64,000 nucleotides of DNA from a virus (Duplodnaviria > Heunggongvirae > Uroviricota > Caudoviricetes), in IMG/VR virus record IMGVR_UViG_3300013800_000004, positions 64,001 through 128,000 of that record. One strand, 5' to 3'. Position numbers and translations under genes: made by a program. Shown here piece after piece: positions 1 to 8,399 of the stretch (positions are counted from its first letter, which is position 1; each line of letters opens with the position of its first letter). Below the pieces are notes generated by a model. The model worked only from the letters and a program-made list of their open reading frames with translations. It did not search any database and was not told the origin of the DNA.

Positions 1-1060
1 AGTCTGCAAGTGGCTCTCTGGGAAGGCCGCGAGAACCTGGGCCCTTACCGCGACCCTCATCAAGAACAACTTGGTGGAGGGCTGGGGGGTGTACAACGTG
101 GTGGTCCCTGGTCTCTTCGGGTCTCACAACGCCTTCCTCAACGATTTTTGCATTACCCGGATGCAGCAACTGCCGGGGTCGCGGCGACAGGTGCCCGTGA
201 TCGTGGGCTACCGCCAGAGGGACATCGCGGAGTTCCGTCGCAAGATCGACCCGTTCTTCCTGGGGCGCCCAAAGTTCGAGGTGGCGAGTGAGCTCCCGCC
301 GCTGGTCACCCGGCACATCATGGTGGGGATGAACTCGGCACAGCAGGCCAAGTACGAGGAGGCCTTGGAGGGGCTTCTCGTGGTGGGGTCCAAGCAGGGG
401 CAGACCGAGGAGAAGGAGGTCACCAAGCTCACCGCAGTCACCTACTGCCAACAGATCGTGAACCACCCGGACCTCATCGGGGTGGACGGCGAGTCTGAGA
501 AGCTGGACGCCTTGTTGGACCTTGTGGGCCCTGGGGGTGAGCTCGAAGGCGAGAAGGTGATCGTGTTCACCCGGTTTCGCAAGATGGTGGACATCCTGGT
601 CCCGGCGCTCAAGAAGCTCGGCATCAAGTCGTCTCGCATTACAGGGGCTGAAGACGAGAAGGGCCGGAAGGCATCACAGGATGCGTTCCAGGACGCCAAG
701 AGTGACACCCTGGTGTGCTGCATCACCACTGCCGCTGCGGAGGCCATCAACCTCCAGACGGCCAAAGCCCTGGTGTTCTACGACACGCCCTGGTCTGCGG
801 GGGACTACCTCCAGATCCTCGGGCGCATGATCCGTATCGGGTCCACCCACGACCGCTGCTACGCCATCCACCTTGTCACCGAGAAGACCATCGACGAACG
901 GGTGGTGAAGGTGCTCTCGAAGAAGATGGGGCTGGTGGAGTCCGTCCTCGGAAAGCGCATCAAGGGCGAGGGGGACGCAGGCGTAATGGTGGACGCCGTG
1001 AACGACCTCTCAGACCTGTTCGAGGGGCTTCTCCAGGATGCCCGGGGGATCAAGAAGTGA
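1..1060 (+). CDS. SNF2-family (SF2) helicase, C-terminal part; 5' end lies outside the window
   Basis: Frame is open from base 2 and reads ...WALTATLIKNNLVE (motif III). Also KVIVFTRF (IV), AEAINLQTA (V), FYDTPWS and QILGRMIRIG (VI). Confidence 0.9.
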   Translation, partial: VCKWLSGKAARTWALTATLIKNNLVEGWGVYNVVVPGLFGSHNAFLNDFCITRMQQLPGSRRQVPVIVGYRQRDIAEFRRKIDPFFLGRPKFEVASELPPLVTRHIMVGMNSAQQAKYEEALEGLLVVGSKQGQTEEKEVTKLTAVTYCQQIVNHPDLIGVDGESEKLDALLDLVGPGGELEGEKVIVFTRFRKMVDILVPALKKLGIKSSRITGAEDEKGRKASQDAFQDAKSDTLVCCITTAAAEAINLQTAKALVFYDTPWSAGDYLQILGRMIRIGSTHDRCYAIHLVTEKTIDERVVKVLSKKMGLVESVLGKRIKGEGDAGVMVDAVNDLSDLFEGLLQDARGIKK

Positions 1061-1482
1061 TTACCGAAGAACAACTCAAGGACTTGGAGACCCTCATCGG
1101 GGAGTTCCCCGCGAAGCCTGCGCCGTACTCCTACGAGGGTCAAATCGGTTCGGGCCGCAAGAGCAATGGGTACGTGGGCTACCACGTCCACTCCATCTGT
1201 GGCGGGCCCATGCGGGAGAGTGCCACAGAGAAGCACTACTGCATCGGCAACGTCATCGCCAAGGACGAAGACACGGTGGCACGGTTGGCATGCCTCATCG
1301 GAGCGGCCCCAGACCTTCTCGCGGAGGTGGTCCGTCTCCGGGCGGCACTCGCCAATCTGGCAGACGGTGAGCAGGCGGACAAGCGGATTGAGGATGCAGT
1401 GGGATGTGGTGGGGATGGCGTCCACTGCGCTGTGAAAGAGGTGCAGCAGTACGCCCACCGCGCCCTCTTCGGGGGCGAGTGA
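1057..1482 (+). CDS. hypothetical protein
   Basis: GTGA overlap with the helicase stop; protein-like sequence MITEEQLKDLETLIGEF... Confidence 0.7.
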   Translation: MITEEQLKDLETLIGEFPAKPAPYSYEGQIGSGRKSNGYVGYHVHSICGGPMRESATEKHYCIGNVIAKDEDTVARLACLIGAAPDLLAEVVRLRAALANLADGEQADKRIEDAVGCGGDGVHCAVKEVQQYAHRALFGGE

Positions 1483-1835
1483 TGGAAGAGGGCCCCTACT
1501 ACGAGGAGTTCTGCGGGTCGTTGTATCTCCGCAAGGGCAAATCCAAGGACATCCTCAGGATGGTGGATGGCACCGATGAGATCGCCCTCACGTTCGAGCG
1601 GGAGAACTTCGGTCTCATCCGTCAGGGCTCCCCGTCGTCAGTGTCGGAGTACATGATGAAGTTCGAGGCCTGCTTTCCGGGGTTCCTGGCCCCCATCACC
1701 CTCCCGAAAGGGTTCCCCCTGAGCGAGCTCAATGAGGCGTTGCGGACACAGAACGTCCGGGCGCTCATCACCAAGCACTGTCCCGAGGCTCTGGCCTCCA
1801 TCACACCCCCGAGAGACCCGGAGAGCGACCAATGA
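1482..1835 (+). CDS. hypothetical protein
   Basis: TGATG stop/start overlap; MEEGPYYEEFCGSLYLRK... Confidence 0.7.
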   Translation: MEEGPYYEEFCGSLYLRKGKSKDILRMVDGTDEIALTFERENFGLIRQGSPSSVSEYMMKFEACFPGFLAPITLPKGFPLSELNEALRTQNVRALITKHCPEALASITPPRDPESDQ

Positions 1836-2650
1836 CTGGCTGCGACAAGTGTTTTCACACAGGGGCCATCGACGCCGGGTTCACCGACGTGGGCATCCCC
1901 ATCACCCGACCTTGTGCGTGCCAGATCGCACGGGACATCGTGCGGAACGTCAATCGGGGGTGGCCCAACCTGTGCGCGGCACCCAAGATCGAGAGTTCCC
2001 CTCTCTGGGAGCTCACGGGTGACAACGTGTACATCACGGCATCGGACGCCTCTCTTCGGGCGCACCTCCGTCACGTTGGGCTTCGCATGGGGGCCAAGTG
2101 GGGGTTCAAGGTCCACACGGACTCTGACCTGATGACCGCGTGGTTGGCCCCCATCGCCATTGCAGGGAAGGAGATCCTCGACCCTGAGGCAACGGCGGTG
2201 TCCACCGAGCGGGCGACCCTGGTGGACCTCACAGAGCCCCCCGAGCTCCTCATCCTGCGCCTCGGGGTGAAGTCCGCTCGCAACAGCGCCATGGGAGAGG
2301 TGCTCCTGGAGGCCCTTTACCACCGAGCGCACATTGGGAAGCCCGTGTGGGTGGTGGACCAGCCCGGACGCCTGTTCAATCCTGCCCACCTCGCGTTCAG
2401 CGAGGATGCCCTGCACCACATCACCCAATGGGAGCGTGTGGTCCTCGACGAGGTGGGACCCGGCCTGTCCATCGAGATGGTGGGTCACGAGGGGCGCGAC
2501 TACATCTCACAGCCCACACAGAATCGCGGCAACGCCCTGACCCTGTCCGCGGGGTACAGCACATCGAACGCAGCGGCGAGCGCCACCACCCGGATCGAGC
2601 GGACAGTCACCGAGCCCAAGAAGAAGAAGTTCAAGAGGACCGAAGAATGA
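1832..2650 (+). CDS. DnaC/IstB-like helicase-loader homologue with degenerate P-loop
   Basis: N-terminal CxxC...CxC. Segment LLILRLGVKSARNSAMGEVLLEALYHRAHIGKPVWVV resembles the DnaC Walker-B/sensor region. Located just upstream of a DnaB-like gene. Confidence 0.55.
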   Translation: MTGCDKCFHTGAIDAGFTDVGIPITRPCACQIARDIVRNVNRGWPNLCAAPKIESSPLWELTGDNVYITASDASLRAHLRHVGLRMGAKWGFKVHTDSDLMTAWLAPIAIAGKEILDPEATAVSTERATLVDLTEPPELLILRLGVKSARNSAMGEVLLEALYHRAHIGKPVWVVDQPGRLFNPAHLAFSEDALHHITQWERVVLDEVGPGLSIEMVGHEGRDYISQPTQNRGNALTLSAGYSTSNAAASATTRIERTVTEPKKKKFKRTEE

Positions 2651-2967
2651 GCACCGACGAATCCAACTTCCCGGACGACATGGGTTCTGCCGTATCTGCC
2701 TACGGGGGAGCCCCCCCTCCCCCGAGGTCCGGGCTGTACTACGCGCCCCGGGGCACGCCCCGAGAGGACATCCCCATCTTCGCCCTCAACGACATCGTGG
2801 CCGTCCTGGACGAAGCCATCGGGAAGCTGCGGGGGACACTTCACCCCGCGCGCCATCTCGCACTGGACACCCTCAAGCAGGAAGCCATCCTCATCGCCCG
2901 TGCTCGCCTCAATGACGAGGTGACTGCGTACTACGCGAGTCGCGGGATGTTCGGGGGGGGTCGATGA
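2647..2967 (+). CDS. hypothetical protein
   Basis: ATGA overlaps at both ends. Confidence 0.7.
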   Translation: MSTDESNFPDDMGSAVSAYGGAPPPPRSGLYYAPRGTPREDIPIFALNDIVAVLDEAIGKLRGTLHPARHLALDTLKQEAILIARARLNDEVTAYYASRGMFGGGR

Positions 2968-4511
2968 AGTTCCTTCTGCGCTCTTGCTTCATCGCGGTCC
3001 CCACGGATGACCCGGAGCTCACGTTCCGCAACTACTTCGCGCTGTCTGACTCAGGTCTCGGGTTCGACGTGCCCGAGGACACCACCATCTGGGAGTTCAT
3101 CCGGGACTTCTCACAGACCCACAACCACGCCCCCGACGTGCGGACCATCCGGTCGCACTTTGAGAACATCAAGAACCCTGAGGCGGGGGACCGCCTGGAG
3201 ATTATCTCCCCCCTCAAGCCCCTGTTCAAGGGGGACTTCATCAAGCGCCTGGAAGAGCGGGCCGAGGAGCGCCGGTCCCGGATGGTGGTTGACATCCTCC
3301 GTGAGGCCTCGCAGATCCTCCAGACGGGCGTCGAGGTCCAGGAGGGCAAGAAGAAGAAGCACCTCCGCGGCCCCATGGACGCCGTGCGCTACCTCGTGAA
3401 CAAGTCCCACGACATCGTGATGCCCACCTCGGGAGCACGGCTGTCGGGTGAAATCACCGGGGACGGCAACGACTTCATGCGGGAGTACGAGCGGGTCGAG
3501 AACGATCCGCTTGCAGGCATTGGCCAGTTCACGGGCATCGGACAGATGGATGAGGCCCTCGGAGGTGCCAAGAAGCACGAGCTCTGGACGCACGCAGCGT
3601 TCACGGGTGGACTCAAGTCCACCCTTGCGTTCAACTGGGCGTACAACCAAGCGGTGCACTACAAGTACGACTCGCTGGTGTTTTCCCTGGAGATGCCCTA
3701 CGCACAGGTGCGCCGCATTCTCTACGCGATGCACTCCCTCCACCAGAAGTTCCGGGACGACCGCATTCGCTTGGGGGTTCAGAAGAACCCCGGTCCCAAC
3801 GTGGGTCTGGAGTACGGCAAAATCCGTGACGGGAAGCTCTCCAAGCTGGCCCCGGCGGAGAAGACGTTCCTCATGGACTACGTGGTCCCCGACTTCAACT
3901 CAGGGCTCTACGGCAAGATCAACATCGAGGTGAGCGACCCGGACAAGTCTGACTACAACGTCGCAGACATGAGGGCCAGGGCGGAGCTCATCTACTCCAA
4001 GTCCCCGTTCCACCTCCTGTTTGTGGACCACGCCGGACTGCTTTCACCCCGCCAGTGGGTGCCCAGCACCACCGAACGCATCAACGAGGTGATCCGAGAC
4101 CTCAAGCGTCTGGCCATGAACTTCAACCGCGGCGCAGGCATGGCCGTAGTGAACCTGTTCCAAATCTCTCGTGAGGGCTTCAAGGCCGCAGAGAAGATCG
4201 CGGAGAAGTCACAGGGGACGTTCGTCAACGGCCCCTACAACCTCACCCACCTGTCGTACGCCAACGAGGTGGAGCGGAGCTCCGACATCGTGACGGCGAG
4301 CTACCTCAACGATGAGCTCCGGGCTGCGAACAGGGCGCTGTTGCAGTGCATGAAGTCTCGTGACCAAGCTCCGTTTCAGAACTTCTACGCTCGCGTGGAG
4401 TGGCACTGTCGTCGTATCCTCACCTCGCAGGAGATGCCTATGGTGACTGGCCGTAAGGACGGCGACGCCAAGTTGGCGGACTCCCTCAAAGAGATCGAAG
4501 GACTGCTGTGA
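2964..4511 (+). CDS. dnaB: DnaB-like replicative helicase
   Basis: QFTGIGQMDEALGG, Walker A AAFTGGLKST, FSLEMP, LLFVDHAGLL, VNLFQISR, NEVERSSDIV. Confidence 0.85.
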   Translation: MKFLLRSCFIAVPTDDPELTFRNYFALSDSGLGFDVPEDTTIWEFIRDFSQTHNHAPDVRTIRSHFENIKNPEAGDRLEIISPLKPLFKGDFIKRLEERAEERRSRMVVDILREASQILQTGVEVQEGKKKKHLRGPMDAVRYLVNKSHDIVMPTSGARLSGEITGDGNDFMREYERVENDPLAGIGQFTGIGQMDEALGGAKKHELWTHAAFTGGLKSTLAFNWAYNQAVHYKYDSLVFSLEMPYAQVRRILYAMHSLHQKFRDDRIRLGVQKNPGPNVGLEYGKIRDGKLSKLAPAEKTFLMDYVVPDFNSGLYGKINIEVSDPDKSDYNVADMRARAELIYSKSPFHLLFVDHAGLLSPRQWVPSTTERINEVIRDLKRLAMNFNRGAGMAVVNLFQISREGFKAAEKIAEKSQGTFVNGPYNLTHLSYANEVERSSDIVTASYLNDELRAANRALLQCMKSRDQAPFQNFYARVEWHCRRILTSQEMPMVTGRKDGDAKLADSLKEIEGLL

Positions 4512-5218
4512 CATCACCATTCGTCAAAATCCTCCCGTCCAAGTATTACGGGGTGAACACCAAGATCCCTCCGGCATCGTGGGACAGCCACTCTATGTGG
4601 CGGTGTACCAAACACATCCCATCCTCGAAGGTCTACCCGGCTTTCGTGGAGAAGTGCCCTACCTGCAACCAGCCTCGGCCACCCGAGGACCGCAGGCCCG
4701 CCGACCCGTATGCACCTCCCGTGAGGTTGGTGCCATCGCTCCCGGCGGCAGACACGGACCCCAATGCCACCATTGAGGCCCCCCCGGCCGTGGTGACCGA
4801 GGAGTCACTGGAGAACATGCGGACCCTCCGAGACGTGACCGCGGAACTGAACTTTGACAAGGACATGTCGCTGGGGCAGGCACAGCGGGACTTCGACGCC
4901 CTCGTCATGGGTGACCTCCTCAGCACCACCACGTCCGTGGTTCGTGCGATCCAGGACGATGGTGTGGCGAAGATCCAGGACGAAGTGGGCCGAGAGTTGG
5001 CGGCAGAACTCAGGAGTTCTGCCGCTTCCCTCAAGTCGAGGAAGGCCAAATGCCCTGGCCCTGGGTGCCGGAAGAGCGCGCGGGAGTCCAGCCCGTACTG
5101 TTCCAAGATCTGCTCAGACCGATGCCTCCGTCTCCGCAAGAAGACTACGCCCCTCACCAAGGTCGAGGCGGGGCACCTCAACCGTATCGAGACCGCTCTG
5201 GCGAACTGGAGGAAGTGA
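4508..5218 (+). CDS. hypothetical protein with two Cys-rich (putative Zn-finger) segments
   Basis: WRC...CPTC near the N-terminus and CPGPGC...YCSKIC near the C-terminus; coupled overlaps with both neighbours. Confidence 0.65.
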   Translation: MTSPFVKILPSKYYGVNTKIPPASWDSHSMWRCTKHIPSSKVYPAFVEKCPTCNQPRPPEDRRPADPYAPPVRLVPSLPAADTDPNATIEAPPAVVTEESLENMRTLRDVTAELNFDKDMSLGQAQRDFDALVMGDLLSTTTSVVRAIQDDGVAKIQDEVGRELAAELRSSAASLKSRKAKCPGPGCRKSARESSPYCSKICSDRCLRLRKKTTPLTKVEAGHLNRIETALANWRK

Positions 5219-5469
5219 TGGTCGAGCCGAAGGTTGTTATCTACCCGTTTGGGGACAGGGCCTACACGTCCACCTTGTACTACGGGGCGGACGTGAGAGC
5301 TTCCTTGCGGGGGATGGTGGCAGGGTCTGTCCAGTGCGTGGTGACGAGCCCCCCCTATTGGGGACTCCGTCAATACCTCCCGGCGGGGTCTGTCATGATG
5401 CGAGAGGATTTGACGGATGCCGAAAGGGTCTACGTCGAGGGTGAGTTGAGGAAGGCTGGGGTGTTGTGA
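5218..5469 (+). CDS. beta-class N4-C/N6-A DNA methyltransferase, N-terminal fragment
   Basis: GSVQCVVTSPPYWGLRQY (catalytic motif IV), then a 30-aa tail and stop. Confidence 0.85.
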   Translation: MVEPKVVIYPFGDRAYTSTLYYGADVRASLRGMVAGSVQCVVTSPPYWGLRQYLPAGSVMMREDLTDAERVYVEGELRKAGVL

Positions 5470-6074
5470 ACCGGCGGGAGGAACTCCCGCTCTGTGTTGG
5501 ACTTGCTGTGGACCCATCCATGGCATTTCCGGCACAGGGTGACGAGATTCCCCAAGGATGACCTGAGTTCAGGATGTGTGGACCATGGGTAAACGTGGTG
5601 GGCATGGAGTCCCCGATGTCCTTTCTTGGGAGACCCACACTTCACACACACGTACTGATCCCTGCGATACACTTCCCGTACGAGGTTCATCCACTCCCCG
5701 CTGGCGTACAACGACTGACGTTCAGGGGTCGTTCCGCCGCGAAAATTCGGGTTCGCCGCGCCAGTTCTTCCGTGCATCCCATTCAGTGCTCCCCGCAGAT
5801 GGGGTTTGGGCACGGACGCTTTCTCCCGAAGGATAGACTTGGTCTCCTCTGTATGTCTTTTCCCCTTGAAGGGATTGGGCATCCCTGTTCGAGTGTAGTT
5901 GTCGGCCCCCGAAAGGTTCGCCCCTCGGGGGCGGGTTGCGATCCCAAGAGCACGGAGTTTGGTGTGGACGGTCTTGGGATCACACCCAACAATCTTTGCA
6001 ATCCCGTAGGTTGAGAGCCCTTGCGTCACGTAGTGTTCGCGCAGCCAATCCGGGTCGATTTGTACAGTGCCCAT
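5430..6074 (-). mobile_element. free-standing HNH homing endonuclease (HTH + NUMOD3 + HNH), antisense, inside the methyltransferase locus
   Basis: PFKGKRHTEETKSILRE (NUMOD3); CVKCG...LHAHHVYPW...NLVTLCRKCHGWVH (HNH). ATG at 6074 with GAGG upstream. Confidence 0.9.
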
Positions 6075-6100
6075 ACCCACAACCCTCAATAGGGAAGTAA

Positions 6101-7213
6101 GTGATGACAGTCTTCAACATCAAAGACATCCCTCCCCATCTCCACCAGTATTTCGAGCCTGCCTCGGAGATCGGTCTGGAACAGACCCCTGAAGCCTACG
6201 TGGCTGCGATGGTGGAGGTGTTCCGTGATGTCCGTCGCGTGCTCCGTGACGACGGGGTTCTGTGGCTGAACCTGGGTGACAGCTATACTGGTGGGGGAAG
6301 CAACTCGCGGGTACCCACACCGTCCGGGCTCAAGCCCAAGGACATTTCCGGCATCCCGTGGATGGTGGCGTTCGCACTGCGGGCGGACGGCTGGTACCTT
6401 CGCAGTGATGTCATCTGGTCCAAAGGGAATCCGTTCCCAGAGTCCGTCACGGACCGCCCCACCCGCTCTCACGAGTACATCTTCCTGCTCACCAAGAGCC
6501 GGGAGTACTTCTACGACCACGTCGCGGTGAAGGAACCCGTGGCAGACGCCACCCGGAAGGACATGCGGATCGGGAGAGATGCCGTGCGGGACTACGCGAA
6601 CGCCGGGAAGTCCTTCGGGGTCGGGACGAGTGCCTCGCGACGGATGGCCACGAACTGTGTGGGTGGTGAGGGCGGGCTGCGGAACCAGCGGTCGGTCTGG
6701 ACCATCAACCCCAAGCCCTACAAAGGTGCTCACTTCGCCACGATGCCCACCACCCTGGCAGAGCTCTGCATCAAGGCGGGGTCGTCCGAGAAGGGCTGTT
6801 GCCCGGCCTGTGGAGCCCCCTGGGCGCGTGTGGCCGAGCACGAACAGGTCCCGGACCGCCCTGGCAGGGTTCAGGGCCGCGAGGGCGACACCCTGGATGA
6901 AGCCCACGGGAAGGACGGCCGGGCGGGCAACCGTCGTCGGGTGTCGTCACGGACGGTGGGGTGGGAGCCGACATGCAACTGCCCCGAGCACGAACCCGTC
7001 CCCTGTGTGATCCTGGACCCTTTCAGTGGGAGCGGGACGACGGGCTACGTGTCCAACCGGCTGGGGCGCAACTACGTGGGAACGGACCTCAACACGGAGT
7101 ACCTCCCCCTGGCAGAGGCACGGCTCCTCGGGATGGACCCCCCGGAGAACGGGGCGCCCACGGAGGAAGATGGCGATGCGGCTTCCATCATGGACATGTT
7201 CGGAGGTGGGTGA
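6101..7213 (+). CDS. beta-class DNA methyltransferase, C-terminal fragment
   Basis: EIGLEQTPEAYV...VLRDDGVLWLNLGDSY, HEYIFLLTKS, HFATMP, ILDPFSGSGTTG (motif I); AGGGAAG just upstream of the start. Confidence 0.9.
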   Translation: MMTVFNIKDIPPHLHQYFEPASEIGLEQTPEAYVAAMVEVFRDVRRVLRDDGVLWLNLGDSYTGGGSNSRVPTPSGLKPKDISGIPWMVAFALRADGWYLRSDVIWSKGNPFPESVTDRPTRSHEYIFLLTKSREYFYDHVAVKEPVADATRKDMRIGRDAVRDYANAGKSFGVGTSASRRMATNCVGGEGGLRNQRSVWTINPKPYKGAHFATMPTTLAELCIKAGSSEKGCCPACGAPWARVAEHEQVPDRPGRVQGREGDTLDEAHGKDGRAGNRRRVSSRTVGWEPTCNCPEHEPVPCVILDPFSGSGTTGYVSNRLGRNYVGTDLNTEYLPLAEARLLGMDPPENGAPTEEDGDAASIMDMFGGG

Positions 7214-7782
7214 TGAGTGAACTTCCCACAAGGTCGGAACGTCGGGTCGCTCGCATCCATGAGGTGGTCCGCATCGACAAGGTGCTGGAGGGCTACGGCT
7301 ACCGGGTGCAATCCAACGCCGACCGGGAGCAACAGTTCTCGTGTGATTTGCACGGTGATGGCACGGACTCCAAGCCCTCTGCCCGTGTTTACCCGAGCAC
7401 CAACCAGTTTTACTGTTGGGCGTGCAGCCGTAGTCGGGACGCCATCCAACTGGTGCGGGAGAAGGAGAATCTCTCCTTCCACGACGCCATCGAGAAGCTG
7501 GAGAAGTCCTACGGTCTGCCGTCCCTCCCCTGGGAGGACGGCGACCGGGAGGAGAAGCCCACGGACGAAGTGGCTGCGATCCTCGACGCCCCCTACACCG
7601 ATCCGGTGGGGGTGCGCGCTGAGCGAGTGATCCGTGCCATTACCAAGGAGCGCACAGAGTCCCTCTCTCGGGTGCTCAAGATGTGGGAGGCGTTCGACCG
7701 GGCTCGGTTGCTGGAAGAGGGTGGTGACACCGAGCCCATGCGGTCACTCCTCACGGTCCTTCTGCGACCTACCACACTGTGA
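7213..7782 (+). CDS. stand-alone CHC2 zinc-finger (primase N-terminal) domain protein
   Basis: FSCDLHGDGTDSKPSARVY...FYCWAC...DAIQLVREKENLSFHDAIEKL; no TOPRIM domain follows. Confidence 0.85.
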   Translation: MSELPTRSERRVARIHEVVRIDKVLEGYGYRVQSNADREQQFSCDLHGDGTDSKPSARVYPSTNQFYCWACSRSRDAIQLVREKENLSFHDAIEKLEKSYGLPSLPWEDGDREEKPTDEVAAILDAPYTDPVGVRAERVIRAITKERTESLSRVLKMWEAFDRARLLEEGGDTEPMRSLLTVLLRPTTL

Positions 7783-8216
7783 AGGGGCTAGTCACCCACA
7801 AGCTCCCGGACCCGGCATGGGGGTTCCCCTCCGTGGCGCGGGTCATCCCCAACGAGGACAGCCCATGGGGGCGGTTGCAGTTCCTGGTCGGGACCGACTG
7901 GGAACAGTTCTTCCCTCGCGTCCCTGTGGGGATCTTGGACATGGCCCTCCGTGGCCACGCCACACCGCTCATGAAGATCCTGGGGCCGCCTCCCCGGGGG
8001 TTCCTGAAGCGCCTTCCGGTGGTGGAGGGCCTGTGTGCCCAGCGGGGGACGTGTATCTCCTACACGCCCTTGTGTGTGCCCGGTCCCAAGGTGCCAATGT
8101 GCTGGGAGCCCTCGACGTTCAAGGGCGAGGAAGCCTCCATGGTGAGCGACGTAGTGAGGCTCTGGGCTGACGGTGTGGTGATCATCGTGACGCTCCCTGC
8201 GGGCCCGCGGGCGTAA
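7779..8216 (+). CDS. hypothetical protein
   Basis: GTGA overlap; 145 aa with three Cys. Confidence 0.65.
   Translation: MKGLVTHKLPDPAWGFPSVARVIPNEDSPWGRLQFLVGTDWEQFFPRVPVGILDMALRGHATPLMKILGPPPRGFLKRLPVVEGLCAQRGTCISYTPLCVPGPKVPMCWEPSTFKGEEASMVSDVVRLWADGVVIIVTLPAGPRA
8209..8216 (+). promoter_or_regulatory. class I motif GGGCGTAA, 8 nt before ATG 8225
   Basis: GGGCGTAA-TCGTCCAC-ATG; motif recurs across the window. Confidence 0.6.
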
Positions 8217-8224
8217 TCGTCCAC

Positions 8225-8344
8225 ATGGAACCGTTCAAGGAAGAGAAGCGGGCACTCCCGGACTTCCGGTCCGACCCCGACTGGGTCAACCGCCCGCTGG
8301 TGAAAAATCGGCTGGGCAACTCCAAGGGTACCGACCGAGCGTAA
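8225..8344 (+). CDS. small hypothetical protein (39 aa)
   Basis: Not in the ORF track; MEPFKEEKRALPDFRSDPDW...; ATG at the canonical distance from the class I motif. Confidence 0.45.
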   Translation: MEPFKEEKRALPDFRSDPDWVNRPLVKNRLGNSKGTDRA

Positions 8345-8399
8345 GACACCCCGCAGCCAACGGACAGCACAAGCACCGGCACAAGGACCAGGAAAGATC

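Noticed and set aside
981-988. GGCGTAA inside the helicase gene, and other intragenic near-matches
   Set aside because: Coding context with no start at the 7-9 nt spacing; not counted as class I sites.
5377-6165. Group I intron in the methyltransferase
   Set aside because: The HNH ORF and the two coding extensions fill nearly all of the interval, I could not find P7-type core elements, and the second half has its own RBS and start. A covariance search was not run.
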